Shown here: piece after piece, positions 24,201-36,328 of the stretch
Layout of the letters: each line of letters begins with the position of its first letter
How positions within the stretch are numbered: position 1 is the stretch's first letter
Origin: Macrostomum hystrix
Lineage: Eukaryota; Animalia; Platyhelminthes
Direction: 5' to 3'
NCBI GenBank assembly: GCA_950097015.1
Contig: CATNEN010000001.1
Span: 23,932,001-23,996,000, forward strand
DNA length: 64,000 nt
Program-made: the position numbers and the translations under genes
Notes under the pieces: generated by a model
Told to the model about the DNA's origin: nothing
Databases searched by the model: none
What the model saw: the letters and a program-made list of their open reading frames with translations, nothing else

Positions 24201-26312
24201 CGATCGCCAACGCTTCAAAGTCTCTGACGGATGCTCAGCGCCGCTATCCTCAGATTCAGAAGGAAGCCTTTTCAATCATCTTCGGCCTAAAGAAGTTTTT
24301 CCAATACTTGTTCAACCGCAAGTTCATCCTGGTCACGGACCATAAGCCGTTGATTTCTCTATTCGGGCCCGAGAAGGAGACACCAGTGATGGCGGCAAAC
24401 CGGCTGGCACGGTGGGCTAACCTGCTCCACAACTTCACCTACGAAGTCGAGTACCGCCAGACCAAGAGTCACGGAAACGCGGATGCCCTGAGTCGCCTGC
24501 CAATGGGAGACGACCCAGATTTCGACGGGGAGGAGAGCGCAGCCGACTTCGACACGGTCTGCGCGATCAAGGTCCTGAGCCTGCAGATCCGGCCGGCTGA
24601 CGCCTCAGCCGTAGCCAAGGAATCATCGAGGGACCCAGTCATCTCCTCCGCCATGCGCTACTGTCGAGAAGGTTGGCCGCCAATCGGACGAGACGAGGAC
24701 GCTGAGCTGGCCCGCCTGCGGAAAGTCAAAGATTCGCTGTCCTGCTGCAACGGATGTCTTCTGCAGGGCTGTCGTCTTGTGATTCCTCAAAACCTTCGGA
24801 AGGAGGTGCTGAAGATTCTCCACCTCGGACACTTTGGAATGCAGAGGATGAAGCAGCTGGCTCGATCGGCAGTCTACTGGCCGAACATCGACGACGACGT
24901 CGAGCACCTGTGCCACGGCTGCCACAGCTGTGCTGAGCACCAAAATCATCCGCCAAAGGCCGCCGTCCATCCGTGGATGATGCCTGAGAAGCCTTGGAGT
25001 CGCCTACATCTGGATCACGCAGTCAACTTCCTCGGCACCAACTGGCTAGTGCTCACGGACGCCTACTCGAAGTACCCGTGCATACACCCGACGCAATCCA
25101 TGTCAACGCGGGCAACGATCGAGCTTCTGGAAGAAGCCTTCGCCCACTTCGGCTACCCTCACGCCATCGTCACAGACAATGCAGCGGCATTCATGGCTGA
25201 GGAGTTTCAAGCTTGGTGTCGCGAACACGGCATCGCGCACCTCACAGGAGCTCCGTATCATCCTGCAACAAACGGAGCGGCCGAACGACTGGTTCAGACC
25301 TTCAAGAAGGCCCTGAAGAAATCCAGCCTGCCACCTGCCAGGGCGCTACAGCAGTTCCTGATGCAGTACCGACGGACTCCTGCGGTCAACGGCTACTCTC
25401 CGAGCGAACTCCTAAATGGCCGGCAGATCAGGACGCAGATTGATACTCTGCTGCCATCTCCAGCCCATCTCGCCCAGGATCGCCAAGTCAAGCAGGCCGA
25501 AGAGTCCAGAGCTCGGAAAAAGGTGTCTCGCGTCCGAGAAGGCTACAACGTCGGAGATCCGGTCTACGCTCGCTACTACGGACCACGCCGCGAGAAGGAA
25601 GGCCGCTGGGTTCCGGCAGTGGTCACCAAGCGGCACGGCAGCCGCAGCGTCAACGTCAAGGTTGTCCCAAGCGGCCCAGTGTGGCGACGGCACTTCGACC
25701 AGCTTCAACCGCGACACGTGTCCGCGGAAGACAGCGAGCCAGGATCACTGCCGACTCAACAAAACGAAACGGCCGGCCACCTGATGCTGCCGGCCACACC
25801 AGCGGTGGCACATCCAGGATCTCGACCCAGGCCTCCAGGATGGCGAGCGCCGGACAAAGTCCAACACCCGCCGCCCTACGGACCAGATAATCCACGACGG
25901 TCGGCTAGGCAGCGAAAGCCACGGCTACAAATGGGCTTATAGACTTTCTATCAGCTGTACTCACAGTTTTGGTGGGGAGGTGTTGTGGGTTTCGTTACGA
26001 TAATTCCGTAAATAGTTTTCTAGAACTTTCTACCACTTGTTATAACACTCTGTTGTTTCCAGAATCTTCTCTGCGCCTCCCCCGCGGGCTATCTATGAGA
26101 ACTTTCTAGAAAGTTCTCCCACTCGCTCCCCAGGCTATAAATAGAAACCCCCGCGCGGTGCACACACTCAAGACCTTTCCAGTATTTAATAATACTGCTG
26201 TTACAAATATACGCTTATCCAGTCGACTGCCGAGTGCTCCTTTCGGCGCTATACTTACATTTACCAACACTACAATCGGAATCTCTGTATTCGTTACTTC
26301 AAGAATACAACA
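21249..26312 (+). mobile_element. Intact Gypsy/Ty3 (Mag-like) LTR retrotransposon; LTRs 21249-21580 and 25981-26312; TSD ATAAC
   Basis: 332-bp TG...CA LTRs that look identical by eye, 5-bp TSD ATAAC, PBS TGGCGTCGCAAGCAGGAT and PPT GGTGGGGAGG. Confidence 0.97.
21680..25942 (+). CDS. Single-ORF Gag-Pol polyprotein (1420 aa)
   Basis: Two CCHC knuckles, protease VDTA, RT YLDD, RNase H (DAS...EAFSII...TDHKPL) and integrase HHCC + D,D35E in Gypsy order. Confidence 0.97.
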   Translation: MPETMQDEDIISLLRQQMEEERQQRNADRQMMLDLIRSLKPAADQSQAAALPTHVTTSTPSFSPFDATSELWPDYLARFCTFTGANSIPDDKKAQVFLTNQSPSVYKLLSNLAAQQTPRKEINTLTMDEIEKFMEEQYDTKRFIVRERFRFWSDMRRKPGETIQELAARIRQDATTCDFSSIKDPLDEALRTRFICSVRNEAVLKALFKLKVEELTFARAVEIAIETEEAARVAKETVYDDKSSPVNKVKQKVRRPGATSAKFTTDSTASRSTTDSASGSCYRCGAKNHRANDCRFKDATCRHCKKVGHLEPVCRSNAKGSAPAANFKKPVKQVEEHVLVRAVAQTEDDLTKLEVSIHIQGKALAIEVDTATNGNFITESFWKKLGTPPLEVAKSRYESASRHDLPVLGTFVGKTTLPGSAPEHDIQYIVTQVPGLNLLGRTATKLLGISVDKLLGAASAIQEVNAVFDHLPPDEALQKACRNLCDEFPDLWKDELGCLKDFKLELQFNPDAKPVFRKARPVPFAIREELERAYDEGIRRGIWEPTDFNDYGTPVVPVRKPSTGSEQPKLRVCGDYSCTINPQLEDNRHPLPLPEELLQKLGGSYCFSKVDLADAYNQIELGPMSQRRLALSTHRGVLLQKRLAFGPKSAVGEFQFIMEMVAGDLPGVVFYLDDYLVGGATADEHLANLRRLFQCLSDKGLRCRREKCKFAMPSIEYLGYVLSKEGIAKGTKVDAVREMPPPKDVSSLRSFLGSVQFYAKFLPPSMATISEPLYRLTRRDTPWTWKDAEQRAFDQIKEELSSDNVLVHYNADLPLGLSCDASNVGIGAVLFHRYPDGSERPIANASKSLTDAQRRYPQIQKEAFSIIFGLKKFFQYLFNRKFILVTDHKPLISLFGPEKETPVMAANRLARWANLLHNFTYEVEYRQTKSHGNADALSRLPMGDDPDFDGEESAADFDTVCAIKVLSLQIRPADASAVAKESSRDPVISSAMRYCREGWPPIGRDEDAELARLRKVKDSLSCCNGCLLQGCRLVIPQNLRKEVLKILHLGHFGMQRMKQLARSAVYWPNIDDDVEHLCHGCHSCAEHQNHPPKAAVHPWMMPEKPWSRLHLDHAVNFLGTNWLVLTDAYSKYPCIHPTQSMSTRATIELLEEAFAHFGYPHAIVTDNAAAFMAEEFQAWCREHGIAHLTGAPYHPATNGAAERLVQTFKKALKKSSLPPARALQQFLMQYRRTPAVNGYSPSELLNGRQIRTQIDTLLPSPAHLAQDRQVKQAEESRARKKVSRVREGYNVGDPVYARYYGPRREKEGRWVPAVVTKRHGSRSVNVKVVPSGPVWRRHFDQLQPRHVSAEDSEPGSLPTQQNETAGHLMLPATPAVAHPGSRPRPPGWRAPDKVQHPPPYGPDNPRRSARQRKPRLQMGL

Positions 26313-27721
26313 ATAACTTTTTTATTTTGCTTTTTTCATGAAGCACAATAGCAAGTCGAAAGGTAGACAGTGAGTAACTCGATTTTAAAGTGACTTTCTA
26401 ATTAAATATGTTAGTATTTTTACGAAGACCTAGTTATAAGCTAATTTACGGCTGGTTTGTTGCTTCTGGTTTTCTACCCAGATTTTTTAGTTTATAAATG
26501 AGCTTGATCTTATACTGCTTTTAGTTTAATGACACCAAGGCTGTCTAATGGGTATAAATACATAAAATTCACATTTTTCTTGAATAGGGCCTACAAGCTG
26601 GCCACTGTACATATAATTTATTTCTGAATAGGTTAACAATTTTGACCTATATGTTCATGAAATTCACTTAAAACACTTTGTACTTGGCTTACTAAAAGAA
26701 TCCCTCTGCTCTAGCTGAGAAAGTATATTTAGTTTAAATAGTTATGGCGCATATGTTTTATCACCCGTGTTGACAGAGATAGGGTCTAAGAAACAGTAAT
26801 CGAACATGCCCGACGGTCGCCTAATAGGCAACTCCGAACATGTTCTTTGTTCCGAGAACATGTTCTTTTAAATTAATAAGGCTACTTAATGTATATTAAT
26901 AAATTAATAACATGAAGAAAAAACTATGCCTTTGTTGGTATGAGGTCAACAAACAAGACAGTTAAACCCATACTATGTCTAGTATGGTTTAATACACACA
27001 CATGGTTTAACTCTGTCTTGTTTGTTGACCTCATGCCAAGGAATGCATAGTTTTTTCTTCATGTTATTAATTTATTAATATACATTTATTAGCCTTATTA
27101 ATTTAAAAGAACATGTTCTCGGAACAAAGAACATGTTTGGAGTTGCTGTAGCAGCCGTTCTCGCTGTGAGGTTTTATTTATCCTAGTTTCTAATATTTGT
27201 CTATTAGTATCACGTGAATGACGTGTTACTATGGTAGCTAAATGTGCCCGAGCGGTAAGGCACTCCCTAAAATTCTATTACCAGTCTTCTGGGGCTTTAC
27301 GCGGTGGATTGAAGTTGCCCGGTAGTCACGATCAGTACTGACCATACACTATGTATGATCTCACTATATTTATCTGTCCAGGATAACACACCCTAAACAG
27401 TAAGACAATACGTCTTAATTTTATCAACAATACGTCAATATATCCCAACTAATAAGACAATACGTCTTATTTAGATCAACAATACGTTGATATACCCTAA
27501 CTAATAAGACAATACGCCTTATTTAGATCAAAAATACGTTGATTTAACCTAAGTAATAAAGACAATACGTCTTATTTAGATCAATATGTTTACTCCCTGT
27601 TAATAGTATAGAACTAATACAGCTCGATACTATTATACAGCGTAACGTTGACCAGAACTAACACAGTTCTAATCTTAAATAATCAACACGAAGTTATTTA
27701 ATTTTAGAGAACACTAGTTAA

Positions 27722-29734
27722 CAGTGTTGGGCAACTTCTGTTCCTCCGTTCCTCCGTTACTACCGGAAGTTACGTTTTTTAGAAGCGTTACTACCGGAAG
27801 TTACTTTTTTTGTTAGGTAACGGACTTGGTAACGGAATGGACTTTTTGTGAGTCCGTTACTTCTATTACAAGTGGCTTGTTTACCCCAATTACCCGTTTG
27901 TATAAATTTCCTATTTGTCATTGTTTATAGGTTTTTTACTATCTCTTTAGTCATTTATTAGTATTTTTGTGACTTTTTACATTTTAATTGTATATTTTGT
28001 TTATCTGTTGACTGAATTCAATTTTTTTTCGTTTCTCGTTCGATTGTTCCTTTGAATCCTTTTCTCGACTCTGACCTTTGTAACTCACTCTGGTTACCTT
28101 ACCTCGAATCTGCGAATTAACCCAAATTTTAAGAATTTGCACACTGATGGCATCGTCATCGACGTCCCCAACGCCAAACCCCTGGGGACATTTGGTTCCC
28201 TTTTTTGAGCTACAGCAGGAAAAGAGCAGCAGCAGCGCTACCCAGTCTAACCTAGTTTTTTTGTGCAAGTTGTGTGCGCCACAAAAACAGCTAATCAAGT
28301 CCCATGTAACATCACTGCAGAATCTAAAGAAGCATGTGCAGTCAAAGCATCCCAGCGAGTCAAAAAATGTAAATAAACCGAATGAGTTTAAGTCTAAAAT
28401 AAATATTAAATAAACCTTTTACTCTGGACATGCTCCAGGGTGAGAATAACGTCTATTTGGGACTAATGCTGCCAGTTGTCACTGGCGTCCTCGCAAAGCT
28501 GGACGAGCTGAAGGCCAGAACAGATGGCAGCGCGCTGGAGTACTGCAACGGACTTGTCAACAGCCTGCAGGACTGTATTCGACAGCGATTTGAGCCCGCC
28601 TTCAACAACATGGAGTGCTTGCTGGCATCAGGCTTCCACCCCCGATTCCATCTGACGTGGCTGAAGTGCTTCGACGCGACGAAGTGTCAGAGAGTACAGC
28701 AGGCCATGGTGAATGCTGTGAGGAGCGAACTGGAACTAGCGATGGCAAGTCAGGTCGAAGTGGTGGGAGATGGAGCCGACGGCAGCAGCCTCTCCAGCGG
28801 GAATGGCGATGGCAGTGACGACCTTCTAAGCCACGTCAGTCAGCCGCAAAAGCCCCACAGCCACAAGGAGGAGAACTCCAGGATGAAGGCAAAGATTATA
28901 ATCCGCGATTGGCTTGACGGCGTCTGGAAGCCAGAAGTTAGGGTCTCCGACCTGGCTTTAAAAAATACGCCAGTGATTAAAGACCTCTTCGTCCGCTACA
29001 ACACAGCTGTGCCGTCCAGCGCTGCCGTTGAGCGTGCTTTCTCAATGGCAAAAGATGTGCTGCGAGCGAAGCGTGCACCCCTCGCAGACAGGACTCTCAC
29101 GCGTCTGCTGCTGCTGCGGGGAAACAGTCATCTAACATCTTAATCAGTTAATCTATTTAATATTTTATAGACTTGGTACTTACTTGGACTGTTTTTTGCC
29201 AGTTGGACTCTTTGCCAGTTGGACTCTTTGCCAGTTGGAAGTTTTTTGCCTGCTTTTTTGTGTTTTTGCTATTAGCTTAAACTTCATAAGTCAAAGACTC
29301 AAAGTGGATTTAAAATGCCTCGCAGCTAAAATGGCAATCCTGCATTCTCATTCGTTAAATTATTTTCAGGAAAGACACTTGTTAAAAGTTCAAACTTAAG
29401 TCAAAAGTTCGCGTTACTTTCCTGGAAATTAATTTATTCAAACAACAAATATGCAAGATTGCTACTGATATAATTTTGTTACTGGTTAAAAATGTATAGT
29501 GAGTTAGTGATTATAATGGGTTATAACGCATTTTATTTAGAATATAAAGATATGTCCATATATAGTACAACTGAAATAACGTACAAATAAAAAAGTAACG
29601 GACTTACAGTAACGGAGTACCGGAAGTTACTTTTTGTTAAAGTGTTACAGTAACTTTTACCAGAAGTTACTTTCTTTGGTAACGGAAGTTACTGAAACGG
29701 AAGTTACTTTTTTTGAGTAACTTGCCCAACACTG
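27722..29734 (+). mobile_element. Internally deleted hAT DNA transposon inserted in the 3' LTR; TIR CAGTGTTGGGCAA, 8-bp TSD CTAGTTAA
   Basis: BED zinc finger (28147-28413: W..F...CKLC...NLKKHVQSKH) and hAT C-terminal dimerisation region (28430-29143: NTAVPSSAAVERAFS); the catalytic core is missing. Subterminal GTAACGG/CCGTTAC repeats. The empty site is present in the other LTR. Confidence 0.95.
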
Positions 29735-30312
29735 CTAGTTAATATGGCTTTCTAGTTTGATCGCCAAAGCCGAGAGTATATTTTGAGGACATAAAAATCA
29801 CTCCTATTTATATGAAATATTTGAGGTGGCAGAAAAAGATAAAACAAATGTTGTAATTAATTTCTTTTTAAAGGAAAATACTATTTACCATATGAAAAAT
29901 AAAAGCGCCTAGTATAATAATAGAATATATTTTGTAATATAATTCGTTAACAAATTTATTTACATCAAACAGGTTTAAAACAACACTAATAAAATTCTAT
30001 CTATCTCAACTGGCTTCCCTTTATATGATTTTTGAAAAAAGTGAAAAAATAATCAAACACTCAAAAATAAAAGCACATAGGATAAGCACAAAGAATAAAA
30101 CATAGGCATAGGCATAAAAGATAAAACGTAGACAGAGATATAGGTATAGGCATGGGGATAGGCATACTAAAAAGAAAGTCCAATTTACATAAAATTTTAG
30201 TCCATCGCAAATTCTTCGGGAAGTTGATCCTTGAAGGGCCAGCCGACTTCTTGGCCGATCCAGGTGATTTCAGTTTTCAGCCCTTTGATATTATAGCCTT
30301 TGACAGCTAAGT

Positions 30313-31251
30313 CTAATGAGTGTAGGGCATATTTAGTCGCTCGTCGCCAAGCAGACACAGCGTGCTCAGGCGAAAAATTACGCTTGAGCTTGTGCAGTAC
30401 TGGGGTAAGCTCCTCTCATTTCGGGGGCACCTGCCTGTTCTCCTGCGACCGATCCGCAGGTAATACTGCTTTAGCAGCGCAACTTGACGTTTAAACTGCT
30501 GTTGCTGATCTTCCTCCAGAGCATGCAGTAGCTTGCCATAATCCTCACCCGAGTTGGGGTGCAGACTTTTAGATGAGCTTGCCTGCAATTGCTGCCGCAA
30601 ATCTGGCACTTGTGTTGACTGGGGCGGCCTCCTAGGATCGCGTGGTGGTGAAGCGGTCCTTCCGGATGGAGCCAGATTTGATGTTTTCTTAGGCTGCACT
30701 GGCAGCTCTAATGGTTGAGGCCTTTGCCACTTGCGGGCTGGCTTCGGTGGGGCACGCCAGGCTGGCTGATTTAACAGAGTGCTAGGTTTAGCTCCTTTAG
30801 GATGGCGATCTAACACCTCCTTTGGAACCACCACAGGAGTATCGGCCTGCAAGCGCAACAATTTATGCTTATCTGTTGTCGTTGGCTTCGAGACAACTGA
30901 AGCAAGCCTTTTCCGTCCTGGCGCCACTGTGAGGTTCCGGGTGGGCAGAGTGTTGACTGCCTTGGTTGTTTGAAGCACCGTGGGTAATGGTTGCTGCAAT
31001 TTCTTTGGCGCAGTAGGCGCAGTACGCGCCTCCGGCCCATCGCGCACTATTGGCTTCTTTGGTCTGCCTAATGGCTGGGGTCGCGTAGGCTTCTGTTCTG
31101 GTGCCTCGTTTTCTGTCTCCTTCTCCCAATCTTGAGCGATATTATCATTGTCATTCAAAAGCAACTGATCCACGAGGCTTAATTCTTCGTCTTCGCTATC
31201 ACTGAGGAATAGCTGTTTGGCTAGATCCTCTTGAGATGGTGTTCTTAACAT
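30313..31251 (-). CDS. Extra ORF (312 aa, acidic N-terminus, Pro/Lys-rich) between pol and the 3' LTR; function unknown
   Basis: Long ORF in the env position, with TATA-like TATATAAA ~110 bp upstream on the same strand. No signal peptide or TM segment seen. Confidence 0.55.
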   Translation of the reverse strand: MLRTPSQEDLAKQLFLSDSEDEELSLVDQLLLNDNDNIAQDWEKETENEAPEQKPTRPQPLGRPKKPIVRDGPEARTAPTAPKKLQQPLPTVLQTTKAVNTLPTRNLTVAPGRKRLASVVSKPTTTDKHKLLRLQADTPVVVPKEVLDRHPKGAKPSTLLNQPAWRAPPKPARKWQRPQPLELPVQPKKTSNLAPSGRTASPPRDPRRPPQSTQVPDLRQQLQASSSKSLHPNSGEDYGKLLHALEEDQQQQFKRQVALLKQYYLRIGRRRTGRCPRNERSLPQYCTSSSVIFRLSTLCLLGDERLNMPYTH

Positions 31252-31491
31252 TCTCAGTACGAGAGTGTGAAGAAAGCTTAGAATTTCAGTACAATTTCAG
31301 AGCAGATAGATTCTCAATACAAGAAAACAATTAACTTCTTTACGCCACAGGGGCTCTGTTTATATAGACTTCTGAAGAGGGGGTTACATAATAGTTTCCT
31401 TCCTTTCGTAGCCTCCAGGCATTCCATTGGTTGCACCAGCCCCTTCTCTTTTCTCCCCCCTCATGTACACTGACCCTATCTTTCCTTTGGC

Positions 31492-34400
31492 TTAGATTTT
31501 AATGCTCCCCAGGAAGGTGAGAGTGGACAACAACCTCTTTAGGTGACAACCACACTGTGCTGTACCCCTTGGTTGTTGTCGTAAATTATATCGTTGAGTG
31601 GGGTGGGCATGCTCTCTTTCTTGTTCTGTGTGTGTTGGCTCCTTATCGATTATTCCGCCCTCTCTTTCAATCTCGGAGTTTTCTGACTCAGCCTGTGCAA
31701 TTACTGCCGGCTCATTTTCACTAAATAATTCTTCTCCCACTTCTATTTCAGCTCCAACTTCGATGTCTTCCTCATTAATAAGTTCTTCTTCATTGTCTGT
31801 TTCTCCAGATTCTTCTTTAATTGCGGATTCATCTGCTTCTTCATTTATTTCTTCTGTGACTTCGCTGCGGATATCGCAATGCCAGTTAATTTCATCCTCT
31901 GATGATGATTCTTCTGATTCAATGTAATTGATTTGTTTCTGCGCTCTAGGGTGACTTCCCTTAATTTTCTGTCCCTTCTTGCTGGCTGAGGGGCCTTCCT
32001 GGCTTCCCTTATTTGTTACTTCTGCAGTTGAGTTAGGAATGGGCATTAAGTTGTCTCGGTAGACCAACATTACGTTGCCACTACGAATTCCATTCTCTTC
32101 TTTCTGCACTCGGAAAACTACCTCTGAAATCTTGTTGAGCACTCGAAAGGCAGATCTTTTCTTCCGATGAAACTTGTGTGATTCTTCACTGTTCAGTTGT
32201 GGATTATTAATTAATACTAGGCATCCGATGGGAACTTCTTTCGGTGGTTTGTTAATTTCTGCTGCTATCTGCCTTTTGCTGACTCCTCCTTCTAGTTTTC
32301 TTTTCACAATCTCCTGAGCTTCGACTAACCTTTCAGCATGTTTGGCGATGTACGATGGATAATCGGCATGTTCGACTGCTTCTTTGATTTGGCTGTCTAA
32401 CGGCATTACAGCTTCTCTGCCAAACAACAGGAAGTGGGGTGTAAAGCCAGTTGTTTTGTTGACACTAGTGCGGACAGCAACTAGGGCGGCAGGAATCATC
32501 AAATCCCAGTTACTGTGATCTTTCTCGATCAAACTAGTAATAATGGACTTGATCTGCTTATTAAACCTTTTCACAAGACCATTGCTCTGCGCATGATACG
32601 GCGTGGTGCATGTGTGTTTCAAGTTGTAAAGGTTGCAGAATGCCTTAAATTGTTTGCTGGTAAAAGTCTTTCCGTTATCAGTATGTATCCAATGGCATTG
32701 GCCATACTCGGAGAATATTCGTTCTTACAATATTTTGATTACAGTGTCCAATTTCTGATTCCTGATCGGAAAAGCAAAGGGGTAACGTGTTGTACTGTCT
32801 ACCACAGTCAGTACATACTTATGTCCTCTTTTACTTTCTTTTGATAAAGGACCGATAATGTCTACATGCAGCGATAGAAGGGCTCGCTGATGGGAAAAGA
32901 TTGAATCGGTGCCTGGATGTAATTGCTGGTTTTGCTTTCCAGACACGGAATGCATTCGGCAATGTACTTTTCGACAGCAGTACTTAAGCCTGGTCTCCAG
33001 AATCTTTCACGGACTCTCTGGGTTGTCTTATCTCTTCCGAGATGTCCGGCTAACGGGCTGCTGTGTAAATCGCTTAGTACTTGTTTGTCCAGTGATGATG
33101 GCAACACTACTTTCCATTTTTCATCTTCTTCGATGAGCAATATGTCGCGGTCAATCTTCATGGCGTCGAATTTCTTACTCATTTTCTTTAACTCGGGGGA
33201 CACATTACGTGGGATGGAGAGGTGGGTCAGACCTTCAGTCTTCCACTCAATCAGCTTAGAGATTACTGGGTCAGCTCTTTGGGCTTCCAGAATCTGTTCT
33301 CGCTTCAGGGGAACGGGTAGGAAATCGGTCAGTAGGGCTTCACATTTGAAATTCTCTGAGTTAGGTGTGGCTGATTTATGATTTGATTGATCGTTTGGCA
33401 GACTCGGCTGTAGTACACATGAGTCATTCGAGGCCTCCTGATCGCTCATTTCACCTTCATTACCGGAGACAATTGACTCGATCCTTGCAATGGGATGCGG
33501 AGTCTGGGTCTCTCCATCTTTGCTAGGCTGTTCCACACTTTCACTCTTGACAGCTTGGGCCGGGTTATCTTTCTCGACTGTCGGTGGGGTTGTAGCTGGG
33601 GTCTCTCCTTGACTTTCCTCTTGGCCTATTTCCACAGTTTCAGCTGGTCTTCTGGACAGACTGTCCGCGTTGGAGTGCTTTGCGCCGCTTCTATGTTCAA
33701 GATCGAACTGGAATTCACTTAGGCGCTCCACCCAACGACCAAGAATCCCTGTTGCTTCCGTCTGTTTCAATAGCCAAAGGATCGCTTTATGATCTGTTCG
33801 GGCCAGGAATCGTTTTCCAATCAGGTAAAACCTGAAGTGCTTCATTGCATCGACAAGGGCTAACAGTTCTTTCCGGGTAATGGGGTAACGTTTCTCTGAC
33901 TCTTTCATTGCACGACTAAAATAAGCAATTGGTCTTTCTATGCCGTCTGATTGGATTTGGCCAAGGCAGGCTCCAATGCGTCCATCGCTGGCATCAGTGT
34001 CTAAGACCATTCTTACTTTTTCATCGTCGACAAATTCAGGGTATGCTAGGACTTCTGTGGACATCATTCGTTGTTTCAAAGACTCAAAAGCTCGGTCATG
34101 CACTTCATTCCATTTAGACTGGAACTGCTGGACACCCTTCCGGGTCAGCTGGAAAAGTGGATGAGCTGCTTCAGCGTAATTCTTTACAAAGCGGCAATAG
34201 TAGTTGCATAGACCAAGAAAGCTACGCAGTTCTTTCACATCTTTGGGCTTCGGCCATGTTCTAATTGCTTCTATCTTGGCCTCATCAGTACGAAGGCCAT
34301 TTCTTCCGATGACGTGCCCTAAGTACTTTAACTCATGGTGAAATAAGTTGCACTTCTTTGCCCTCAGTTTCAATCCTGCTGTAATTAATCTTTTGAATAC

Positions 34401-36328
34401 TTCTTTCAGATGTTCTAGGTGTTCTTCAAACTGTTTGGAATAGGTTATTATGTTACTATATAAGACATGGCGAACTTATGTTGAATTCCTAATAATACTA
34501 AATTCATTAGCCTTTGAAATGTCCCTGGGGCATTCGATAGCGCTTGCGCCATTACTTCGTACTCAAATTGTCCTCTATTTTGCGTTGAAAATGCCGTCAT
34601 GTATTTATGTTCTTCTTTGATTGGTACCTGCCAATATCCTGAGTTTAGATCCAGGCTGCTGAAGTACTCGCTGCCTGTCAGATGTGAAAATGTTTCCTGA
34701 ATATTTGGCAATGGGTATGGCACATAGTTGACTTGAGAATTGAGCACTCGGAAGTCACTCACAATTCTAATTGTCCCATCCTTCTTTGGTACAATCACTA
34801 AAGGTGTTGAATATGGCGAATAACACGGCCTAATTAAGTTTTTAGCTAACATGTCGTCCAGTTGCGCGTCTACTTGCCTTTGCAGATGGGGAGGAATCCG
34901 ACGAGTTGGGATTCTTACTGGCATCTTATCATTAAGTAAAATCTCATGGGTAACAAGATTAGTCAAACCCATATCCAAGTCATCCTGTGAAAATGCTTCT
35001 CTGTGTTTTTTTATTAATTCGATCACAGCTTTCCGCTGTTCTTCATCCAATTCAGGGCCAATGTTTATTTCGTTGATCCACTCGTCCTCTGTTGTCAGAG
35101 TCTGATTCACACGTCCGGTAGGTTGACTTTCTGACTCTATGGACTGCTGCCAATAGGTAAGTTCTTGCACTTTCATGGGTTTCGCTAATCCTACTAGTGC
35201 TGACTTCGACAGGGTGACATCGACTGCATGTTGATTCACGATCTCATCGATTCCAACTCCTTCTTGCATCGTGACCAGAGTCGGTGCCATTTCCAGAGTT
35301 ACTTCTTTAGTTCTCACTCCATCTCCAATAGTCTCGATAGTCATAGGAGTGCCATAGTTGGCTTCACTGTTTCTGGCGAGTTTCACTGGAATTCTGAGTG
35401 CACTATTAGCCGGAATTACAACTCTCTCTTGGGTATATACCCGGCAAACTCGAACTGGCAGGCGAGTGTACTTCATAGGAACACAGGTACCTCTCTTCAG
35501 TACCAACATGCCCTTAGCAAGGTGGATGCTTTCACAGTGACTAAGAAAGAACTCCATTCCCAAAATGTCGTCACAGTCATGCTGACAAAGCAAGAATTCC
35601 ACTTCAAACTCAATGTCGCCACATCTCATTTTAGCTGTTACTTCTCCTTCTAGTTGTACCTGAGTACCATCAAATGTGGATACTCTCTTGTTGGTCTCTT
35701 GAACTTGGTCTGGTTTGAAAATTTTTGACCATGTCGATTTGCTAAGGAAGTTGTTCCTAGCTCCAGTGTCTAGTAGGAAGTCTACGGACTGGTTCTTGAC
35801 ACTTCCAGTGATAACTGCTTCATAGCCATTCAGCTTGGTCAGTTCCACTTTGGCTGTGAGGGCAGACTTCTTGGCTGTTGCCGCCATCTTTGCTTTGCGG
35901 GACTCTCTCTTATTCTTGGGAAAAACACATGCATTAGGGGCTGAAGAAATGGGTGCTGACGCATTGGGTGCTGACGCATTGGGTGCTGACGCATTGGGTA
36001 CTGACGCATTGGGTGCTGACGCATTGGGTGCTAACGCATTGGGTGCTAGTAACGCAAACGCATTTGGTGATGTTGGAATCACATGATGTGTGATCGCATT
36101 GTTTTTACATGCCTTCCAGACAGGTACCGTTTTGCGAGGATAGCAAAACTTGTACTGGGACGGAGTTCGAAACTGGGAGGCCTGAACGTTCGCTGGGACT
36201 TGACTGGAGGGGCGTGGCCTCATCCGCACCTCGGCACTCAGTTTCCCGAGGCCGGGTTCCGGTGGGACTGGGGTGGACGGCTCACACTGTACCGATGTCC
36301 AGCTCTCATTGGCCCAGGCTGACCACAA
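31492..36328 (-). pseudogene. Gypsy pol (protease, RT, RNase H, integrase) in 4 frameshifted pieces
   Basis: LLDTGA, LDLNSGYWQV, DTDASD...ELLAL...RTDHKAI, HSSPLAGHLG and HVDIIGPL...YHAQSNGLV. Confidence 0.92.
35930..36065 (-). repeat. In-frame 15-bp minisatellite encoding (NASAP)n upstream of the protease
   Basis: GCATTGGGTGCTGAC, about 7 copies. Confidence 0.9.

Larger units (their letters stand above)
21012..26420 (+). mobile_element. Diverged second member of the long-TIR family (left arm), split by the Gypsy insertion at 21249
   Basis: AAGGACC...GGACGGGACACTTCGT...GGCTGATTTT..CGG..AA..CACTA..GAGATAGG.ACTTTTCACTTTTT aligns by eye to 17111-17400, and similarity resumes after 26317. Confidence 0.6.

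Noticed and set aside
21994-25895. Many antisense or alternate-frame ORFs within gag-pol
   Set aside because: Shadow ORFs of a GC-rich coding region with no motifs.
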